20,389 nucleotides of DNA, taken from positions 1-20,389 of IMG/VR virus record IMGVR_UViG_3300020718_000007; one strand, given 5' to 3'. Made by a program: the position numbers and the translations under genes. The DNA comes from a virus (taxonomy: Duplodnaviria > Heunggongvirae > Uroviricota > Caudoviricetes). The notes under the pieces were generated by a model. The model made no database searches. It was not told where the DNA came from and saw only the letters and a list, made by a program, of their open reading frames with translations. How positions within the stretch are numbered: position 1 is the first letter of the stretch; each line of letters starts with the position of its first letter. Of this stretch, positions 14,455-20,389 are shown in pieces.

Positions 14455-14820
14455 ATGAGAGCTAATGTTAATTCCCGCATAATTAATGTTAAAAAGGCTG
14501 ACTTAATTACTAAAATTAAGGAAAACAAAGAAAACCACAAAGCAGATTACATCGAAGCAGTAGCTGCCTATCGTGCGGAAGCCAAAAAACAATTGGCAGA
14601 CCAAAAGAAAAGATTGGACAAGGGAGAATTAGATATCCGCATTCAACTTACTACTCCGGTTAACCGCGAAACAGAATACGACAAAATTCTCCAGACCTTT
14701 CAATGGGAGATAAAAGATGAGGTCGAACTTTCCCAGGGCGAATTCAATGAATATGTATTGGACGAATATGACTGGGCAGTAGCGGCGCGATTCTCCAATT
14801 CTATGTACAAATTAAAATAA
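14455..14820 (+). CDS. Phage hypothetical protein (helical)
   Basis: Clean 121-aa ORF after a promoter. The pattern VKKADLITKIKENKENH...EYD...ELSQGEFNEYVLDEYDW resembles a widespread uncharacterised phage family (recalled, not searched). Confidence 0.8.
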   Translation: MRANVNSRIINVKKADLITKIKENKENHKADYIEAVAAYRAEAKKQLADQKKRLDKGELDIRIQLTTPVNRETEYDKILQTFQWEIKDEVELSQGEFNEYVLDEYDWAVAARFSNSMYKLK

Positions 14821-14826
14821 GAGAAT

Positions 14827-15519
14827 ATGATACCAAACGACGTTTTATTAAAGAGTCTATTCTTTGATGTTGAATCTGTGGGGCTATATGCCACATTTGA
14901 AGAGTTAGCATCAAAAAATCCAAAGTTAGCAGAACTTTGGTCAAAGAGATGTAAATGGCTAAGACAAAATTCCCCTGCACAATTATTTGAACCAACCGAT
15001 GCCCAGCTCTGGTTAGAAAAATCTTCACTCCATCCTGAATTTGCTAAGATTGTTTGTGTTTCTATTGGAGCATATAATAAAGCAGATTTAAACGTAACCA
15101 GTTTAATAGGAGAGGAAGCTGATATACTGAACAAAACTAGGATTATTTTTGGTAATGCAGCATCAAAAAATCTAAAACTAGCAGGCCACACCATTAAAAA
15201 CTTTGATATACCATTTATTGGTAAAAGAATGGTAATTAATGGTATCCAACCCCCGGAATTAATTAACTTCTATAACAAGAAGCCCTGGGAAATGACTACT
15301 TTGGATATAACAGATACATTTAGTTTCGGTGCATATGGGCAAGCACATACATCATTAGATTTAATGTGCACTGTTTTAGGTGTTGAATCCCCCAAAGGAG
15401 AAATGGAAGGCTCCCAGGTTCATGAAGCTTTCTATAAAGGGGAAATAGAAGATATTAAGAAATATTGCGAAAAGGATGTAAGAGCGGTCGTTGAATGTTT
15501 TCACAAACTTAGTTTCTAA
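14827..15519 (+). CDS. Stand-alone DEDDy 3'-5' exonuclease (PolB exonuclease-like)
   Basis: ExoI FFDVES, ExoII GHTIKNFDIPFI and ExoIII YCEKDV. Confidence 0.9.
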   Translation: MIPNDVLLKSLFFDVESVGLYATFEELASKNPKLAELWSKRCKWLRQNSPAQLFEPTDAQLWLEKSSLHPEFAKIVCVSIGAYNKADLNVTSLIGEEADILNKTRIIFGNAASKNLKLAGHTIKNFDIPFIGKRMVINGIQPPELINFYNKKPWEMTTLDITDTFSFGAYGQAHTSLDLMCTVLGVESPKGEMEGSQVHEAFYKGEIEDIKKYCEKDVRAVVECFHKLSF

Positions 15520-15533
15520 TTAAATAATTTAAA

Positions 15534-15935
15534 ATGAAAAAAATTCTACTTACTACCTTTATGGTATCCTCTTTTTTATTGGGTTATTCCCAACCAAGAT
15601 TTGCTGACTATCAGGGTTTTGTTCAAAAGAAAATGATCGAGCAGGATTCTATTGTTATGGCCGGGCAGTTACAAAATTATACACTATATTCCGAATTTTT
15701 TAATGTCGGAGTTCCATTAAAAGAAATTTTCAATGGTGAAATGTATGATCGTACCAATGATAATTTGTATTTTTTATTAAAACCTAATTACTATAAACTT
15801 TATATTCCAGAAGTTCATATATTGTTTACAGTCTTTGCTAATTCCAATGATAAGGATATACCATCCCATTTCATTTGGTTGACTGGTGAAATTAGAAAGT
15901 ATAAACATGATGGCATAACAAGATCAAACTATTAA
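15534..15935 (+). CDS. Exported protein with a Sec signal peptide
   Basis: MKK, then hydrophobic ILLTTFMVSSFLL, then GYS|Q as the probable signal peptidase I site. Confidence 0.75.
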   Translation: MKKILLTTFMVSSFLLGYSQPRFADYQGFVQKKMIEQDSIVMAGQLQNYTLYSEFFNVGVPLKEIFNGEMYDRTNDNLYFLLKPNYYKLYIPEVHILFTVFANSNDKDIPSHFIWLTGEIRKYKHDGITRSNY

Positions 15936-15960
15936 TTTAGTTACTATTTGTTGTGTTAGG

Positions 15961-15987
15961 GGTCCCTGTTCTCAGGGACCTTTTTTT
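15961..15987 (+). terminator. Rho-independent terminator
   Basis: Perfect 8-bp stem GGTCCCTG / TTCT / CAGGGACC followed by T7, 25 nt after the stop at 15935. Confidence 0.93.
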
Positions 15988-16024
15988 GTGCCCTATTATA
16001 GTGAATTAAACCTTTTCTTCTTTA

Positions 16025-16032
16025 GATATATA
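16025..16032 (+). promoter_or_regulatory. Late-promoter candidate GATATATA
   Basis: Lies between the terminator and ATG 16073. The same octamer precedes the genes at 5605 and 18317. Confidence 0.65.
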
Positions 16033-16072
16033 TAAAAACTGAACTCCTAGGGTTCAAATAAAATATATCAAG

Positions 16073-18256
16073 ATGTCAAAAAACATTTATAAGGGCTACA
16101 ATTTTATCTACGAACAGATGCAGGACCAAAAACCAGCAGAAGATACCAACACGGTAGATCCCGTAGCAGCGGTAACCCAATTATTTACGTATTTGAATAA
16201 TGTTATTGTTGTTTATAATTTAGACAATGATACTTCATCTGGTTTTGATGCAGCTACTAAGGATTTACAAAATGCTAATAATTTAGATGAAGTAAGGAAA
16301 TCAATGATCAATATAGTTGGAAGTGTTACTTTTCCTGACGATAATTCTAAAAGGGCTGCTAATGATTATATAGCTAATGTTTTTAATACATTAATGAAGG
16401 TACCAGATGTTAATAATAAGTTTGGAGACATCAAAAAGAAATTAGATGAAATAATTAATTCATGTAAGCAAAAATATGCTCAGACTGAACAAGTAAAAGC
16501 TGTAGAGGAAGCCTTATTAAGAGAAGACCACGGATACTTAGAAAATACAGGCACCTCTAAATCTCCTGGTGGTAATGATGATGACACAGATGATGACACA
16601 GATGATGGATCTGATGCAGATGATGCAGATGATACGCCTAGCAATAAGTGGTATGTAACATTAGCAAACCATGTAATGGATATGGCTACTACTTTTAATT
16701 CTGAAACAACTGCTCCATTATTAGATCCTAATGTTGCAGGAGATGCACAAGCGAAATCTATTATATCAAAGGCAGCAGAATTTCTAGCAAATGCAAAAAA
16801 ACTTCAGGTTGATAGAAAAAGGAAAGGTTTTCTTATTAAAGGTAAGATAAACACTGCAGGGGGTAAAATGAAGGGTAGAGATTTTAGAATTTCATGTGAA
16901 AATCTTATTGACGAGATTAAGAGGCAAAGGGATGCGTTAAATGCAATTAAACAAAAAATTACTAAGATTCCACCCCCCCCACCAATTAATACACCAAAAA
17001 CAGGTTCATCTGGTATGGACAAAAATAGTGGGCAGAAACAAACTAACATTAATCCAGGAAATTGTAAATTTCCAATTGCTATATCTTTACATGTATGTGA
17101 TGAGGTTAAAAAATTGCAATCTCATTTGATGGGTATTGCTTGTATTAAGGATCAATTAATGAAACATGGGGGAGCAGATGGTAAGTATGGTAAATTTACT
17201 TCTACCGTTGCTAATGCTGCCTATAGTGTAATAACTAAGAATGATAAATTTTCTAGCTCTGTATTAACACAGGAAATGTTTAATGGTATAATGAAATTTG
17301 ATACAGGAGTAAAAGTTGCGGAAAATGTTAAAGCTATATTATCTACTAAAATATTTGAAGTAGAAGCATCTAAAAAAGAGGAAACCCTAAAATTCGAAGA
17401 CTTTGGTAAAGTCTTCGATAAAAGCAAAAAAATATTTGAAGAGGACCAAAAAATTATTAGTGATGCAGATCTAATTTGTAAAAAAGTATCAGACAAAATA
17501 AAATCAATTGGTGGTAATGGGGGTTCTACGGGACCTACTGGACCTGCTGGTACAGCAGGTGCAACAGGTGCAACAGGTCCGGCTAAACCAGCAGGTCCAG
17601 ATGAATCTATAAAAAGATTTAAACCAATGGCAGATGGTACATATCCTATAAACTATGACGAGAGTATGACACACTTTTTAGTTAATAGCGCTATAGTTGG
17701 TTTTTTGCCACATGAACTATTTGGAGGTAGAAATACAGTAAAAATTAATATCAAAGGTGGCTTCATAGATAAAAAATTCTGTGATGTTATAGCAGTAGGT
17801 CTTGTACATTCTCTAGATGGATTTGTTAGTAGGGATGATATTTTAGCAATTATGCAGTCACTATGTTATATTAAGGGAGGATATACTATAGATGGAAATA
17901 AAGCCATTTCTGCTTGGTCTTATATAAAAAGCAAATACACTAAAGAAGGCGGTGATGGAAATTTATCAGTAAAAGCTTATGATTGGGGAACAAACATGGT
18001 TCGAGACATAAAAGCATTTCCAAACTTTAAACAAAGAAAAGAAACCCCAACTGGAACTTCTGCAGATGAAGCTAAAACATTAATAGAAGATGCTACAAAA
18101 TCATTAGATAGCAACGAAAATAATTTTGGTAAATATTTAGCTTCCATGGATCCCAAAAAGATAGAAGAAATCGAAAATCCTTCTAGTGAATTAGAGGGTG
18201 GTGACACTAAGCCAGAAATACAAGCAGCTAAAAAAAATTCAGGCGAGGAGAAATAA
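16073..18256 (+). CDS. Putative internal head/virion protein with a peptidoglycan-binding-like motif and a short collagen-like linker
   Basis: DEVKKLQSHL...GGADGKYGKFT resembles PG_binding_1. Also GPTGPAGTAGATGATGPA, acidic and poly-Pro linkers, and an N-terminal YKGYNFIYE. Adjacent to the prohead protease gene. Confidence 0.6.
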   Translation: MSKNIYKGYNFIYEQMQDQKPAEDTNTVDPVAAVTQLFTYLNNVIVVYNLDNDTSSGFDAATKDLQNANNLDEVRKSMINIVGSVTFPDDNSKRAANDYIANVFNTLMKVPDVNNKFGDIKKKLDEIINSCKQKYAQTEQVKAVEEALLREDHGYLENTGTSKSPGGNDDDTDDDTDDGSDADDADDTPSNKWYVTLANHVMDMATTFNSETTAPLLDPNVAGDAQAKSIISKAAEFLANAKKLQVDRKRKGFLIKGKINTAGGKMKGRDFRISCENLIDEIKRQRDALNAIKQKITKIPPPPPINTPKTGSSGMDKNSGQKQTNINPGNCKFPIAISLHVCDEVKKLQSHLMGIACIKDQLMKHGGADGKYGKFTSTVANAAYSVITKNDKFSSSVLTQEMFNGIMKFDTGVKVAENVKAILSTKIFEVEASKKEETLKFEDFGKVFDKSKKIFEEDQKIISDADLICKKVSDKIKSIGGNGGSTGPTGPAGTAGATGATGPAKPAGPDESIKRFKPMADGTYPINYDESMTHFLVNSAIVGFLPHELFGGRNTVKINIKGGFIDKKFCDVIAVGLVHSLDGFVSRDDILAIMQSLCYIKGGYTIDGNKAISAWSYIKSKYTKEGGDGNLSVKAYDWGTNMVRDIKAFPNFKQRKETPTGTSADEAKTLIEDATKSLDSNENNFGKYLASMDPKKIEEIENPSSELEGGDTKPEIQAAKKNSGEEK

Positions 18257-18286
18257 CACCCTCGGAAAAATAGACATAGGAAAATA

Positions 18287-18294
18287 GATATATA
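18287..18294 (+). promoter_or_regulatory. Late-promoter candidate GATATATA
   Basis: Intergenic, ending 22 nt before ATG 18317 of the prohead protease. Confidence 0.7.
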
Positions 18295-18316
18295 CATTAA
18301 ATAATATCAAAAACTA

Positions 18317-20389
18317 ATGGCCCAAAACCAGGATTACGTTTTAATATTGGAAAGATCTCTTTCTAATTTAAAAACAGAGAGAAGCCAAAACTCCAATGAC
18401 ATCTATTTAGAAGGTGTTGCTGCAGTTTTTGGTAAGGAAAATTCCAATCAAAGGATATATGAGGAAAGTGAATACCTTCCTCACCTTGAATATTTAAACG
18501 AGAAGATCAACCAAAGAAGGCTTTGTGGTGAATTAGATCATCCAAAAGAATTTGATGTTTCTTTGAAAAACCTTTCTCATGTTATTGAGAAGCTTGTTTA
18601 TAACAAAGAAGATAGGACTGTTAGAATTAGAGTTAAACTTTTGGATACCCCAGCAGGGCAGATTGCTAGATCCTTAGTAGAAGCAGGAATACCGATCTCT
18701 ATTTCTTCGAGAGCTGCAGGTGTAGTTGGTGCTAATAAAAGAGTAGAGATCAAAAGGATATTTACATATGACCTAGTAGCAGATCCCGGATTTGAAACAG
18801 CTCAATTAGGTAGGGTTTATGAAAGTTTTGGATCTGGATTAAATGAAAAAAATAAGAAAGATTCCATTATTAATGGGCTTTCCGTTATTAATGAGAATTT
18901 TGGATTGAAAAATGATTCTAATATTAGGATATATAGAATCAAAGATCAAGAGAAAATAGCAAAATTGCTATCCAAAAAAGAAAATACTACAAATAAGCAA
19001 TCGAGCATGGAAAATTTTGTTACTGCGGAAGAACTTAATGAATATACCAAATTACTTCAAAAGGAGATGGCTTCACTTAAAGCTTCTCTATCTTCTTTGA
19101 AGACTACTAAGGTACCAGTTAAGATTAATGAAAAAGCTAAAACTGATAAAACAGAAAAGACTAGTAGCATGAGTTCAGAAGAAAGAATTTCTAAGCTAGA
19201 AAAATATTGTGACTATCTTGCTGAAAATTTAGAAGCATCTATTAAGTATAGTGAATATCTTTCAGAACATCTAGAAGGTTCAGTTACCGAGAATAGGAAA
19301 ATGAATGAAACTATACAAAAGGTAATAGCATATTCTAAATATTTGGCTGAGCATCTTGATAACAATATTTCTTACGCAGAGTACATTGCAGAAAATGTAG
19401 ATAATAGTGTTGCTAAATTTGCTACATTAGAAGAAAAAATTAGGCAAGCAGTATCTTACACAGAATACATTGCAGAAAATGTAGATAAGAATATAAGGTA
19501 TAGTGAATATCTTGCAGAGAATTTGGATAAGAGTATGACATATGGTGAGTATCTTACCGAAAATATGAACAAGATTATTTCTTACCAAAACTACCTTGCT
19601 GAAAATCTAGATAGGAGTATTTCTTATGGTGAGTATTTAGCATTGAATTTGGACAGGGGTATTAGATATTCTGAAAGCATTGGAGAAAAGGTTAATCAGG
19701 GTCTAGCATTTGCTGACTATCTTGCAGAAAACCTACACAAGAGCATTCAGTTCTCTGATTACTTATCAGAAAAATTAGGTAACAATATTGGTTATGCAGA
19801 AGCATTGGCAGAATCAATGAACCACATAAAAGGAAACAAAAATTTGACAAAAGAAATTACTCAAGCTATTTCCGAAAATAAGAGGGTTTCAGGATTCTCT
19901 GGAAATTATGAAGGAATTTCTACTAAAATAGATAGTCTAATAGAATCTGTCAATAAACAAAAGACAGATGAGATAATAAATGAGAAAAGATATGGTTTCT
20001 TAAAGTTAGTGAATAACGACGTTAAAACTGGATTTTTATCTCTAAACGAAGCCGAAAAACAAAAGGTGACAAAAGCGCTTAATGAGAACAATTATTCATC
20101 CGAAAAAGAAGTAATTGACATCATGGGCAACGCTCTAACAGAGCAGGCAAGGTCTGGTGAGAAATTTCTTGATATGATGCCAGAGGAATTTAAAGGAGCA
20201 TGGGAAGTAATGAATGAAGGCCAGAAGGCATCAATCATTGCACAGAGTACGTCTTATAGGCTTGATACTCCATACCAAATCAATCACTTCTGGAAATCAA
20301 GGGGAATTAAAGTACCAGCTAAGAATGTTCAGCAGTTAGACGAAAGTAAAAAAGTAATCTCAGGTCAAAATGGTAAAGCTTATGGTTCT
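18317..20389 (+). CDS. gp21: Prohead protease (T4 gp21-like) fused to a scaffold/core-like coiled coil, 3' partial (not in the ORF track)
   Basis: Manual translation gives 691 codons with no stop before the window end. It contains NSNQRIY, GELDHP, LSH, LLDTPAG, ISSRAAG and YDLVADP, then a long coiled coil with 14-aa repeats. Confidence 0.92.
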   Translation, partial: MAQNQDYVLILERSLSNLKTERSQNSNDIYLEGVAAVFGKENSNQRIYEESEYLPHLEYLNEKINQRRLCGELDHPKEFDVSLKNLSHVIEKLVYNKEDRTVRIRVKLLDTPAGQIARSLVEAGIPISISSRAAGVVGANKRVEIKRIFTYDLVADPGFETAQLGRVYESFGSGLNEKNKKDSIINGLSVINENFGLKNDSNIRIYRIKDQEKIAKLLSKKENTTNKQSSMENFVTAEELNEYTKLLQKEMASLKASLSSLKTTKVPVKINEKAKTDKTEKTSSMSSEERISKLEKYCDYLAENLEASIKYSEYLSEHLEGSVTENRKMNETIQKVIAYSKYLAEHLDNNISYAEYIAENVDNSVAKFATLEEKIRQAVSYTEYIAENVDKNIRYSEYLAENLDKSMTYGEYLTENMNKIISYQNYLAENLDRSISYGEYLALNLDRGIRYSESIGEKVNQGLAFADYLAENLHKSIQFSDYLSEKLGNNIGYAEALAESMNHIKGNKNLTKEITQAISENKRVSGFSGNYEGISTKIDSLIESVNKQKTDEIINEKRYGFLKLVNNDVKTGFLSLNEAEKQKVTKALNENNYSSEKEVIDIMGNALTEQARSGEKFLDMMPEEFKGAWEVMNEGQKASIIAQSTSYRLDTPYQINHFWKSRGIKVPAKNVQQLDESKKVISGQNGKAYGS
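19205..19819 (+). repeat. 14-residue (42-nt) coding repeat, consensus YxEYLAENLDxxIx
   Basis: 13 recognisable units (the last one partial) plus 2 degenerate units, in unbroken 14-aa register over 205 codons. Confidence 0.9.

Noticed and set aside
16025-16069. GATATAT/ATATATC pairing and a small TGAACTC/GGGTTCA stem before ATG 16073, as a second translational lock
   Set aside because: The stems are short and AT-rich, the ATG is not clearly buried, and an upstream terminator already blocks read-through.
18244-18294. CGAGG/CCTCG mini-stem and the tandem GGAAAAATAGACATA-GGAAAATAGATATA
   Set aside because: The stem is only 5 bp with no U-tract. The duplication is short and probably a degenerate copy of the promoter flank.
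1-20389. Stop-codon reassignment as seen in some Bacteroidota phages
   Set aside because: Coding density is near complete with the standard code, and TAG (11957, 13577) and TGA (3011, 12867) fall at natural gene ends.
1-20389. tRNA, rRNA, intron, intein or transposase
   Set aside because: No intergenic gap shows such a structure, and the enzyme ORFs are of ordinary length with no intein or homing endonuclease motifs seen.

Overview
This window is a gene-dense, AT-rich segment of a large T4-like (probably jumbo) dsDNA phage genome, with every supported gene on the + strand and read in the standard code. The host is probably a Bacteroidota species, based on TAnnTTTG promoter boxes, no Shine-Dalgarno sites and a signal peptide followed by Gln. 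Positions 181-5559 hold replication and nucleotide genes: ATP-dependent DNA ligase, gp44-like clamp loader, guanylate kinase, a UVR-motif ORF missed by the ORF track, a permuted SLOG protein, a T4 RNase H-like 5' nuclease and a gp62-like subunit. Positions 5605-11386 hold two large putative virion proteins with Gly-X-Y (Ser/Thr/Ala) repeats. Positions 11411-14361 form a tight four-gene module: a UVR-motif protein, an HExxH protein, a Maf/DUF115-like transferase and a UvsE homologue lacking most metal ligands. Positions 14455-15987 are a unit under a host-type promoter, ending in a terminator. The window ends with a putative internal head protein and a gp21-like prohead protease fused to a scaffold-like 14-residue repeat region (18317 to the window end, missed by the ORF track). 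The main findings are a GATATATA late-promoter candidate, an 18-bp hairpin burying a structural gene's start codon, a candidate nested scaffold gene with its own internal promoter, and a possible virion glycosylation module. All family calls come from recognising motifs by eye, and no searches were run.
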